Shown in pieces: positions 46,562-58,129 of a stretch of 64,000 bases of DNA. The position numbers were made by a program, and so were the translations under genes. The notes beneath the pieces were generated by a model. It was not told the DNA's origin. It worked only from the letters and a program-made list of their open reading frames with translations, and made no database searches. Numbering within the stretch: the first letter of the stretch is position 1; the number at the start of each line of letters is the position of its first letter. The stretch covers positions 697,587-761,586 of the forward strand of contig NW_003314304.1 of assembly GCF_000143415.4 (NCBI RefSeq). Direction: 5' to 3'. The DNA comes from Selaginella moellendorffii. Lineage: Eukaryota > Plantae > Lycopodiophyta.

Positions 46562-49500
46562 CTATCTGGGAGGATTCTTACACTTAGTTCTTCCCAATGG
46601 TTTCTTCTCGATCCCTGTCAAGGATTTGAGTATGGACGATACGCTCTGGAGTTGCGATTTAGCGTCTGCGAGCTTCTTCTCGGCCGAGATTTTCTGTGCG
46701 GCAGCGCCCAAGTAGAATCTCTCCAAGTTCCTGCGAGAGACAACCGTGGAATGAACTCTCTCTCTGGAAGAACTCTATGAAATTGAAGAGAGCTTACTTG
46801 CGTTCCGCGTCTACTTTGCGCTCCAGGAGCTGCTTGACGTGATCCAGTCGACGTAAAACCAGGGGTTTTGAGCGAGCAACGTCGTCGGCCGAGACCTTGC
46901 AAACCAGCTTGAGGACGTCGACAGCCTTGAAGAAGATCTCCTCCTTGTTCCTGGAAAATGCAAACGTTTCGAGCGTGGTCTGAGACGAGCAATTGTTACC
47001 TTGACATCTGGAGCTGCTCTGCGACCACTTCCAAAGAGGTTGGAGTGTTGAGAATGGTCGTAGCGAGAGCTGGATAGCGTGCCAAGTTGCCGAGGATGGA
47101 CAGTGCGTGCTTTAAAACCTGCTCGTGCGGAGTGCTCCGGTTGGTTGTTTGAATCAGCTGGACAATCTTTCCGATTGCTCCGCCTTCCGCGATGCGGTCG
47201 CAGCAGTATTTCGAGTGACGAGTTGCTACGTCTGCAGCAGTAGAGTTTCCAGTTGCCGAAGTCAAGAAAAGTCGAGGAAGAAAGAAAAGAGTTACCTATA
47301 GTCGCACATATGTGAAGAATGCTGCTGACAGTTTTAAAACTCAGGAGCAATGCAAGAGCCTCGTTCAGGCGATTTCCAAGAGTCATGTTGCAGTCGACAG
47401 TTGCCGCAGCGTACTGAATGCGCAGTCGCAGCTGATATAGCTCGTTGGTTTGTACTTTCCGCGTATTGTAACCTTTCCAAAAGGCCTGAGACAAACTCAC
47501 GTTATACCGGGGAAAGCATAGAAACTTGTACCTGAATGAGAATAGCAGAGGAAAGGATCTTCTTGAGCAGAGTGCGAGCTTTCCATCCACGATAACGTGA
47601 TTGTATCGTAGTCGCGGCCTGCTTTCTCTTATGAACGTGTGCTGCTTCATCGGATCCAGTGCGCTTCCTGGAACAGAATCCACGCCAATAGGATTGCAAA
47701 ACTGTTGCAGCTCCGTCCAAATTTCTAGACGCTTTCTGAAAACAAACAGTTAGCTCGTTACAAACGCTCCATTACGTACCTTTTTACTTGTTTGTCTCGC
47801 CTTCCAGCATTCGTAAGCGGCTTGTGCAATGTTAGCAGCCTCCGCCTTCTTCCTCTGAACGTGTTTTTTCCATCTCGACTGTATTCTCCTGGCTGCTGAG
47901 TTCACAACAAAACTTCGGGTCGCCAACCAGCTTCTGAAACAAGATTGGATGTGGGAAGCCGCGAGCTTAAGTCGCAAATAGCTTCTTTGAGCTCTTCGTC
48001 GTCTGTAATGGGCTTCAAGAAGGACCACCGCGTTCCTGTACGAGCTAAACCTTTTCTGAGCAGCATATCTCCTGTAACATTTTTGAATCAGAGTCGCAGC
48101 TCCCGTCCAGTTCGATATCCGTTGTCTCACCAAGAAGCCACGAAAAACTGCCTGTATCTTGGTCATCTTTTCCTGTCTGCGCTCTAGAATCCGTCTCCAC
48201 TGCTGTTGCACAGAAACAACGCGAGCCTTGAGCAAAGCGTATGAGCTACGATCGACATAGCCCCTCCATGATGCTTGAATTCTTCGAATGCTGGACAAAG
48301 TCGTCTTCAACCGCTTCTGTTGATCCCAACGCTTATAATGTGCCTGAATTACTGTTCCTGCAGCGCGCCTTTTCTCGGAAGTTCTTCGATCGACCACAGC
48401 GCGCCGTCTCTGCTCGATTCTTCTAACTGCGCATTTTGTCAACACGAACGTTTTGCGAGCTACAAAACATCTCCAAGCTGCCTGGATAGTAACTGCACCA
48501 TCGACAATTTTCCTGTAGTTCTTCCTCCATTTCCAGCCCCTGTAATTTCCCTGGATAACTACTGCTGCAGCTCGTTGTTCACGGAACTTCCTGCATTCCA
48601 GTGCAGCCGCCACTTTCCTGATGAACCACCTTGTCCGCACATAAGCTCGACGGGCTCTAAAGCATTTCCATGCAGCCTGGATGGTAACTGCACTCTCGAT
48701 CATCCTTCTGTACTTTCTCGTATGAGTCCAGCCCCTGTAACTTGCCTGGATAACTGTGACTGCAGCTCGTTGTTTCCGAAAAGTCCTTTTGCTCAACACT
48801 GCTTCCCACCTTTGTTCGATCTTTCTAACGAGGAGTTTTGTGAGGAAATACCTCCCGCGAGCAACAAAGCTTCTCCATGCTGCCTGAATTTTAACTATAC
48901 AATCAGCCACCTTCCTGTAACGTCCTCTCTGCGTACTTCCTCTATAAAATGCTTGTATGCGCAACACGGCGTTTGTTATTCTCAGCGTAGACGCTTCTTT
49001 TCTTGCTTTAAGAAAACTTCGCCATGTCTTTTGAATAATCGTGGCAGCATCGATCTTACGCTTAAGGGACTTCCGAAAGAGAAACCACTTCCAGCAGCAC
49101 TGAATCTTGCATGCGGCTAGCCTGGCATTAGTGTATATTCGTCTCTTTTTCCAGCCTCGATAACAGCATTGGATACGTATCGCTGAATCATCCAGTCTTT
49201 GGATTTTCGTCACCTCTGAGTGAATACAAATCATAAGCGAAACAGAATGCAGGTTATTATGAATGAACTGACCTTCTGATTGAAGTGCATCCTTCAGCAC
49301 CTGCAGCCAAAACTATCTCATTGTTGTTCAAAACTCAAACAAACACAAATTTTGCAACCTGGAGATCCTCGCAAACAAGCTTTGAGAACATTAGTGCCAA
49401 GAGAAAAATCGCATTTTTCTCCATCCAGAAGGAATTTATGGCGCCACCATTACAACATTCTAGCACCTGGAATTGACGCAATTAGCTGCAAGAGGAACTG

Positions 49501-51948
49501 GCGACATCGTCAAATACAATACCTCTTGCAAAAATCCCATTTTCTTAGTCACATTATACAGTATTTGAAAGTGACAAGGACATCCATTGGACTGTCAAGG
49601 AACACCGATTGTTAGTGAAGAGAAATTGTTACGAATTTGAAAGTTATGACCTCTGGAGAGGGCTCGAAGGCTTCTACAGGCAAACATGCCGGAAGATAAA
49701 AATTGATAAGGTAGCATGACGCGCGTTCAATAAAAAAAGGCGTCTTGAAGTTTTGTAACTCGAAACCGTATGATTTGCATATCATCTGTAAAAAGAAAAA
49801 ACTCCGTTCACAGTTGTCTAGAATTTGATATACCTTTCCCCATTTCAAAAGAAGATCAGAAAAGTTCAAAGACGAATAATCAACTGGAAACTGCAATATC
49901 ATCATTGTGAGAAAACAAAGTACTGCATCCATTAAGTACCTCGGAGCTTTTGCATTCTATGCGAACAATTTCTTGTACAAGCGCCTCCTTGCTTAAAAGA
50001 TGTGGTATCTGCAGACGCAGCAGTTAGGAAACCAAGAATCGGCAGCGGAAGTAAAAACCTGCACTTGGATTAGAGTGTTCCAGGCAAGGGCGAGCATTAT
50101 CTCATGGTCCCCGTCAACAATAAAATCCGCAGAAATTGCGTATCCATGTTCGTCTTCGAGAGAAACTCCAGCTCGAGAAAGGATTTCAAGCGCAACGTCA
50201 CAGTTATGCTTTTGCCGTTTCCTAAGCGTTGGCGGTAGCTGGATTTTCTGCAGTCACGAGTAAAGTCAGAGAAACTTACGAGCACCAACCAACCTTTACA
50301 CCGGAAGTGTCGCCCGATATTACTTGTGCTAATCTGCACAGTCGAACGCCATCTTGAAAATCTTTGAAACTTGTAATTTGAAAGTTGAACTCGATCAAAG
50401 GAGTCTGTAAGAAACTCCATGTCAGTCAACGATCAAGGAAACAGAAAGCTAAAACCTGGAGATGAATCAACCGATAGCCTACAGTGCTCAGATGAGCCAT
50501 CAGATCTCCTTCTCCATGCATAGCGTTTTTTAAAATATCTGATAGCGCGCAGTTTACTGGTGAGCAGGCTCTATCATTTTGCTTACCTTGCAATGCCTGA
50601 CGGCTCGACTTGATCACCGAATCTCTACGAAACAAAAGGATTGATCCGCCATCGAGGCCGTCTATACCACGGTCGTTTTGTAGAGCAGTTTGACACTTGA
50701 GTCGATCGAGTACTAGAACCAAAATGAGTAGCCGTTTAAGAGTTACCCGTCCAAGAGCCTCGAGATAACCCTGCCGATATAGTCCTTCAACAGTTCTGCG
50801 AGACAAAAGTGTCAATGTTGCAGAGTCGAAACATCACTTACTTGTTGGTTGAGTAGCATTTTGCAATTCCAGCATGGACAAAAAATTCCTGCTCGAGCAT
50901 GCTTTCTAAGTATCTCGCGTCGTTATTGTCAGCGTCGCTTCCGAAACTCAAGCCGAGTACGATATAAAGCCCCAGCTTAAGCCACGGCGGAGAAAAGCCC
51001 AAGAGGACATCGACGGCTTTCTTCCGCAGTCCGACGTCAGCAAGAACAGCACAGCCATCTTTCATCCTCAATTTTCCGTCATCTATACGCTGATAAAAGA
51101 AAAAGAAAAACGAAAGAACTAAGTTACAATCTCACATTCGATCTTCATACCTTGCCTACTTGAAGCATGATGGAAATAATCTCCTCTCGACATACTGGAT
51201 CAAACTGCGTGCTCAGACGTTGCCGGAAACTTGATAGAGTAAACAGTGTTCGCAGGCTATCATTTTCCTTTCCCGTCAAAGCACTTCCTCTAGCTTCCCC
51301 GTTGGATCTGAAAGACGTTGCTTGCTCTAGTCCTGTGTCCAAGTTTCCCGAATCATTCTTTTTAATCTCCTCCAAGTTGCCAACTTGTGGTGTCACTACA
51401 CCAGCCTTCTTTACCGCCTGTTCCAGAACAAGATTGAACCAGCTCACGTAAAGCTTTTCCTGCGACCGTAGCGAGTTCTCTCTCTTCGCGACCATTGCTT
51501 CAGGATAGTCGACTGGCTTGTTTTTCTTCTTTCCGGACAGAGGTGGCCGCAAGACCGCTTGCTTCGATCGGAGAGGCTTGGAAGCTGTTCGTGACGACGT
51601 TTTCTCAAAGTCGATCGACGGCGAGTAAGGGAATAGAACATTATTTTGCCTGTTGCTTGCCTTCAAGGGTGTGATTTGCGACGACAACGAGCTCCGCAAG
51701 CGTGGGGGCAGCAGTGGTCCAGGCGGGAGGGAGACACAAATGATCTTGCTATGAAAATTCTCATCGTTCTCGCACGCCTGTGGAGCAGCTTCTTTCGGCT
51801 TATCAATCTGCGTCTTGTCAGCGCGAGAAATCCTGCCCCTGGTGGACACATTCCCGCCCGGCGACGTGAAAACCAGCGGACTCTGGCACCAGAGGATGAA
51901 ATCCGCGTCGAGCCTCGGATCTTGGCGCTTGGAAACCGGCGTATCCAT
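46562..51948 (-). CDS. Abnormal spindle/ASPM-like protein (CH domains + long IQ-motif array + C-terminal helical repeat), multi-exon
   Basis: DVGLRKKAVDVLLGFSPPWLKLGL, LKRLLILVLVLDRLK, many IQxxxRGW/IQAAWR motifs (47750..49200), CNMTLGNRLNEAL. The last exon translated manually ends KNPPR* at 46562. Confidence 0.88.
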
Positions 51949-52080
51949 CAAATCCCTCTAAGTTCCCCTGATTCGCAGTCACATATCTCCTGATTCTCCA
52001 AAAGGAGAGAAATGGACCTCTAGTACCTCACAGATGCGATCGTCCTCCTTCGATCGCCATCGCCATCGCTTCTTCACAAT

Positions 52081-52148
52081 ATGACCGTTAGACCTAAAAC
52101 CGCAGCCGTTCGATCTACTCTGCCAATCGAACGGTCCAAAATTCGAAT
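52081..52148. promoter_or_regulatory. Three MSA-like (AACGG) elements plus a TTCGAA CHR-like site upstream of the ASPM-like gene
   Basis: TCTAACGGTCAT (rc 52081-52092), AGATCGAACGGCTG (rc ~52103-52116), ATCGAACGGTCC (~52126-52137), ATTCGAAT ~52141; consistent with a G2/M gene. Confidence 0.65.
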
Positions 52149-52213
52149 GTTTGGGTTTAACCAGGAATATGCTTAAATAAGATATATACGAAGAATATAC
52201 TCGTCATTTGGAA

Positions 52214-53207
52214 TCAAAAGAGGGTCACAATGGACTGGACTAACGCATTGGGCATGGAGAAAAATGGGGAATGGTCTGAATTGAGCTCCAAAACCTTGAG
52301 TGGAGGAGTCTGCTTGATCATCTCCTCCTGGATTTCCAGTGGAATGGTTTTGTCCTTCTTAGCTTTGATGTAATAGCGAGGAACTTTGCCATAGTTTGCA
52401 ACAGTGAAGCTCACAGTGGGATCAAAGTATGGGAATGGTTTTAGTATCGACTTGGCAAGAACAAAGTCCTGGAATTCAGCTGTTTTAGAAACTTTGTTTG
52501 AAGCTCCTGATAGTTACCTGTGGAGGAGATCTCTGGTATAGCATTTCTCGGGCATGCTCGGGCTTAAATGAGCCAGCAGTAACAGAACCATTTCTAAACG
52601 AAAGTGTGAATTTGTCTCCAAGTCCTTGCGCGATCTTTCAATGAGATTTAGATTCATTAGCAAGCAATCTAAGATCCAAAGTTATGGATGCTTACCTTGT
52701 TGTAAATGCTAAGGGCTTGAGATCCATTGCTAGGGAGCATAATAGCAGTAACATAAACAGCTCCAGAGATTTTCTGGGGGAATCTTTCCATAGCATATGT
52801 AAGAGAAATTCCCCCTAAACTATGTCCGACCAAGATCACCTGCAAGAATGATAGAAAATTAACGGGAACTTCTCAAAGTATACCTTGTCGTTTGCTGGCA
52901 AAGACTCGAGCAATTCGATCAAAGAGACAGAGTAAGCCTCCAGGCTACCGACGGTTTTTGCATCCACGCCGTTGGTCCCAGCGCTGGTTAAATCCACAGC
53001 ATCCACACTGTGGCCCTCTTGTTCCAGCTTGTGTGTGACTTTGTACCAACACCAGGCACCGTGGCCAGCTCCATGAACTAAAACAAAATGGAGCTTCTTA
53101 GGAACCTTTTGCTCTAGTTTGACACCATGGGCGACCAAAACATCACAAGATGAAATGTAATAGAGCACAATCCAAGTGATGAGAACGATCAAACTATGAT
53201 CAGACAT
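52214..53207 (-). CDS. SABP2/methylesterase-family alpha/beta hydrolase, type A, 4 exons, signal peptide-like N-terminus
   Basis: HFVLVHGAGHGAWCWYK, VILVGHSLGG, YGKVPRYYIKAKKDKTI, SDHSPFFS (Ser/Asp/His triad). Confidence 0.88.
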
Positions 53208-53349
53208 TGTAAATTCTGTACAGGCATTTAGGCTTTAGCAAGGTTTTCTATGCTGGCTAAAAAATACAGTGTTCCTCGTGCATGTCGTCAGTTGGCTTTG
53301 ACTGCCACATAGGGTATTATCTTGACTTTGTTTGAATCATTGAATTTAC

Positions 53350-54175
53350 ATGATAGAATGAACTAAGCTCTTGTGCTTTAAGAAAAATGGAGAGTGGTCT
53401 GAATGAAGCTCTAGAACCTTAGCGGAGATGTCTGTTTATCATACACTCTTGACTGTCCAGTGGAATGGTGAAATCTTTTGTGGCTTGATAAAGTAAGGAA
53501 CACTTCATAGTTTGCTGCGGTGAAGATCACGGTAGGGTCAAGAAACGGGAATGACTTTAAAATTGATTTGGCGAGGACAACATCCTGTAAGTGATTTCAA
53601 AGATGGGAATCATGAAGGAGAATTGAAATGATGCATTCTTATCACCTCTGGAGGAGATTTTGGATATAGAAGTTGTCGAACGAACTAGCAGCAGGTATTG
53701 AAGAGGAGCCTTTACGAAATAGAGGTGTGATATATGCTTCTAAATCATACAAATCTCCCATGGCTTAGTGTTAATTACATGGCTGTAGTTTAGTTAATAA
53801 TAATATGATTCAGTACCTTGAATTGCATTAAGCGCAGTTACAAAAAAAGATCCAGCAACTCTCTTGGAAACTTTCCATGGCATATGTAAGTGAAAGACCT
53901 GTGAAATCACCTCGATATCTCATACAGTTTACAGAAAATGAAATATGTGTGATTACCTTTTCCTTTGAAGCAGTCGGACCAAAGAATCCGATTAAGTCTC
54001 CAACTTATCCACTGTAAGTACATCCATACCAGTCGTTGCAGCGCTAGTTAAGTGCAGCGGATCCACTTTGTGGCCCTGTTCCGCAAGCCCTTGTGTGTAC
54101 CGGATTCATGGTTGCTTGCTTGTGCGAGGATAGCACAGGTGTGAGGAGAATCAAAGAGATAATGAGGTGAACCAT
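53350..54175 (-). pseudogene. Methylesterase pseudogene, type B
   Basis: Colinear with 55949..56929, but the HGAGHG and GHS motifs are deleted and there are frameshifts. Confidence 0.85.
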
Positions 54176-54392
54176 TTGAGCTATACAAATTTTGCCACTA
54201 TAGACGAACCGTATAGAAGAACCTTGTGGAAGAGCGTAGAAAAATCGGGTGAACTATATCATCACTAGTCGTTCAGAAGTCATTGTTGGAAAAGACTTCT
54301 AATTTTTTTTTACTGGAACATTTTGACTTTGACACGGACTTCTTAAAGATGTACATTACATTATTACATGCTTTTAAATCCTCATTATACGA

Positions 54393-55362
54393 TTAAGCCA
54401 GAGACAATAGCAGCTTCACTAACGCAAGTGGGGTGGAGAAAAATGGCGAGTGATCACTGTCAAGCGTTAAGACTTGGAGTGGAGGGTTCTCGTAAATCAT
54501 TTGCTCTTGACGTGCCCGTAAAATCGTTCGATCCTGAAGAGTTTTGATGAAGTAACGAGGAACATGTCCATAGTTGGCAGAGGTGAAGTTCACAGCAACA
54601 TCGAACAGCGGGAATGGCTTAAGCAGTGATTTCGCCAAAACAACATCCTACTTACAGTACGTAAAAGTATCTGTTAATGAAAACTTCTAAGCTTTGTTTG
54701 TTTACCTGTGAAGGAGATTTTTTATATAGCACTTGTTGGGCGCGGTCTAGTTTAAATGCAGCAGCCGAAGGTACCGTGGAGCCATTTGAAAATATCAGTG
54801 TCAAGCTGCCGGGAGTTCCCTTTCATAATGAAAGCGACTAAAATAAAAAAACTAACAATCAAAATAATTACCGGCTGGTTGAAGATCTCCCGAGCCCGAG
54901 TTGCATTGTGAGAAAACATAAAAGCAGCGAGATAAACAGCTTTGGAGATTCGGCTAGGCATTTTCTCCAAGGCGTATGTAAGCGTGATTCCTCCCGAGCT
55001 ATGGCCAACCAAGATCACCTGAAAGTTTCAATAGAAGCGAGAAACTCAAATTCCCCCAAAAAACTTACACAACTTACTGTGTCATTCACGGACTCAAGCA
55101 TCTGGATCAAGGGAGCCGAATACCTCTCCACGCTACCAACGGTGGTAGCATCGACACTGCTCGTTCCAGCACTGACCAAATCCAAGGTGTCCACTTGGTG
55201 GCCAGATTGTTGCAATGCATTCGCGATTTTGTACCAGCACCACGCACCATGGCCAGCTCCATGAACAAGAACAAAATGGTGTTTCTTGGCATCCACAATT
55301 TTACCAGAGACTGGGAACTGGAGAAGAAAGAGAACAACTATGCCAAGAATGCCGCAATCCAT
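54393..55362 (-). CDS. Methylesterase, type C, 4 exons (in-frame start MDCGILG)
   Basis: HFVLVHGAGHGAWCWYK, GHSSGG, QDRTI, SDHSPFFS. The orthologous upstream ATG (55367) is out of frame. Confidence 0.72.
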
Positions 55363-55499
55363 CCCATAGCCCTGTTGATCCAAGAAGCAATCTGAGTCTT
55401 ACAAAGATTGTTTAAGTTGAAAAACTTGCGAGTATATAAGAATATACTTTATTCGATAGCGAGTATTTTTTAACCTTAGGTATATTCGTTTGTGGAACT

Positions 55500-55890
55500 G
55501 ATAGTTAGCTTACCTGTGAAGGAGATCTGCATTTCTCTGGTGCTCTAGCTTAAATGAGCCGGCAGTAATTCCAAACAAAAGTGTCTCCAGGTCCTTGGGC
55601 GATCTTTCAATGAGATCTAGATTCAGTAGAAGCAATAGATGCAAAGATATAGATGCTTATCGAAGGGGCCAAGTAGTTTTCCAGGCTACCGACTGTGGTT
55701 GCATCCACGCCGTTGGTCCCGGTGATCAGTTAAATCCATAGCGTCCACCCCCTCTTGTTCCAGCTTGTGTGTGACTTTGTCCGGTTCCATGCACTAAAAG
55801 CTTTCTGAAACTTTTGCCCATGGGCGATTAAAACATCACAGGATGAAGCGTAATAAAGTGATGAAAACGATCAAACTATGATTAGACATC
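55500..55890 (-). pseudogene. Methylesterase pseudogene, type A remnant
   Basis: Heavily deleted copy of 52514..53207 (e.g. GCATCCACGCCGTTGGTCCC, CTCTTGTTCCAGCTTGTGTGTGACTTTGT). Confidence 0.82.
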
Positions 55891-55948
55891 AGGTATTTTG
55901 TAATAAGCCGGCCTAGAAATACAGTGACTGCCACAAGCTTGACTTTCT

Positions 55949-56929
55949 TTACTTTTTGACAAAATCTTTGACCACTGACATGATAGAGTGAACTAAGTTC
56001 TTGGGCATTGAAAAAAATGGAGAGTGGTCTGAATGAAGCTCTAGAACCTTTTGCGGAGGATTCTGCTTGATCATGTCCTCTTGACGTCCCAGTGGAATGG
56101 TGCGATCTTTCGTGGCTTTGATAAAGTAGCGAGGAATACTTCCATAGTTTGCTGCAGTGAAGCTCACGGCAGGGTCAAGAAACGGGAATGGCTTTAGAAT
56201 CGATTTGGCAAGGACCACATCCTGTAAGTTGGAGAAAGATTACAAAGGAGAATTGACAACAGTAAAATTTATTACCTCTGGAGGAGATTTTTGGTACAGA
56301 AGTTGTCGAGCAAACTGTAGCTTGAACGAAGAAGCAGCAGGTGTTGAAGAGGAGCTATTACGAAATAGAGGTGTCATATATTTTTGTAAACCTTGAGTAA
56401 TCTGTAATATAGAATTATAAAATAGTAATAATTATTATTATTATAGTACCTGGCTGTAAGCTCCCCGAGCTTGAGTTGCATTCGAAGATAGCATAAGCGC
56501 AGTTACGAAAAAAGATCCAGAAATTCTCTCTGGAAACTTTTCCATGGCATATGTAAGTGAAAGACCTGCTAGACTATGCCCAACTAAAATCACCTGGAAA
56601 TTACACTTTACAGTCATTCCTTGATAAAATAGATGTGTTACCTTTTCCTTTGATGGAAGTGATTCAAGCAGTTGAACCAGAGGACCCGAGTAAGTCTCCA
56701 AGCTATCCACTGCAAGTGCATCCACACCACTCTTTCCAGCGCTGGTTAAATCCAGTGCATCCACTTTGTGGCCCTGTTCCTCAAGCTCTTGTGTGACTTT
56801 ATACCAGCACCATGCTCCATGGCCAGCTCCATGCACTAGAACAAAGTGGAACTTATTGGAATCCTGGGTACTTGCTTGTGTGAGGATAGCACATGCGAGG
56901 AGAATCCCAGAGATAAAGAGATGAACCAT
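55949..56929 (-). CDS. Methylesterase, type B, 4 exons, signal peptide-like N-terminus
   Basis: MVHLFISGILLACAILTQAS; FHFVLVHGAGHGAWCWYK; GHSLAG; KDRTI; SDHSPFFS. Confidence 0.88.
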
Positions 56930-58129
56930 TTGTGCCACTAATGTATAGAAGAACCGTATAGAAGTAGAAGAGCGTAGAACAGATGGGTGAAATATATTGT
57001 CACCAAGTCGTTCAGAAGTCTTTGTTGGAGAGGACCTCTAGTCTTTTTGACTGTCACTTTTTGACTTTGACTTACTTGACTATTGACTGGAACTTACTGC
57101 TTGCTTGTGCAAGGATAACAGAGGTGAGGAGAATAATGAGATTTGAGTTAAGGGCCAACCCATCAAAAGTTTTAAGTGTACGAGGGGAATTTTTTTCGTA
57201 TATATGGAATTCAAAAACCATAACATGGAGTTTTAGGCAACTAAGCTCTTGTCTGGTAAGCTTTTCAAGCTTGGATGTTTGGCTTCCTCCTTGGGCTCTT
57301 GTTGAAGAATCTGTTTGTTCTATATTTTTGCATAACTATTTCAACTTTTTGAAGTTTTTCCTGTAGCAAGTCCAACTTATTTATTTGTTCATTTTCTTTT
57401 TCTTTCTCTCCAACTTTTGTGCTTCTTTCACTGCTGTTGTTTGTAAGTTGAAATTCTCCCATTAGCTCTTCTAATCAAACAATCTCCTGCATAAACTTCC
57501 TCAATTTTTGTGGCCTTTGCTGGCAGTAATGTATTCTAAGTTGTTCCATAGGGAATAGAGAAGAACCTCTACCTGTCCCATGTTTGTAATTACTGTTGAG
57601 TTTACGTGAAAAATAACATTTGTGAGCTGAGCCATAAATTTCTTTCATTGTTGGCTAGTGAGGGGGAAATTTTCTTAGTGGCCATTTCCTCCCAGCGGTC
57701 CGCCTGTCAACCTATTGACTATCTCTGACTTCAGTCGATTTAAGAATATTTAAATATTGTACTATAAACTTTTTTATTACTATTATATCTCCATAAATTT
57801 TAAAAGGAATATAACGAGAATCCAAAACTATTTTGTCAAGCTTTGAGCAGGCAAGTAAAAAGATGATACAATATGACGTGTATGCTCCACCAGGACAGAG
57901 ATAACTAGAGCGTAGTCTCAAGCACTTGTTCCTGCGGTATAAAGCAAGCAAAAGTCTTTCAAGTAGAAAAGATCAAAGCGAAAGCTTACCGGCTTTGTGA
58001 TTGAAAACTGGTTCATGATATCCATGCATTGTCGGTCTTGTCCTTTTTTGCTATGACTCCAGCAGCGCTTGGAGACGATTCATTGGAAGGAGCCGGAGGC
58101 TGGGAAGGCCTTCTTCTCTCGTGACAGAG

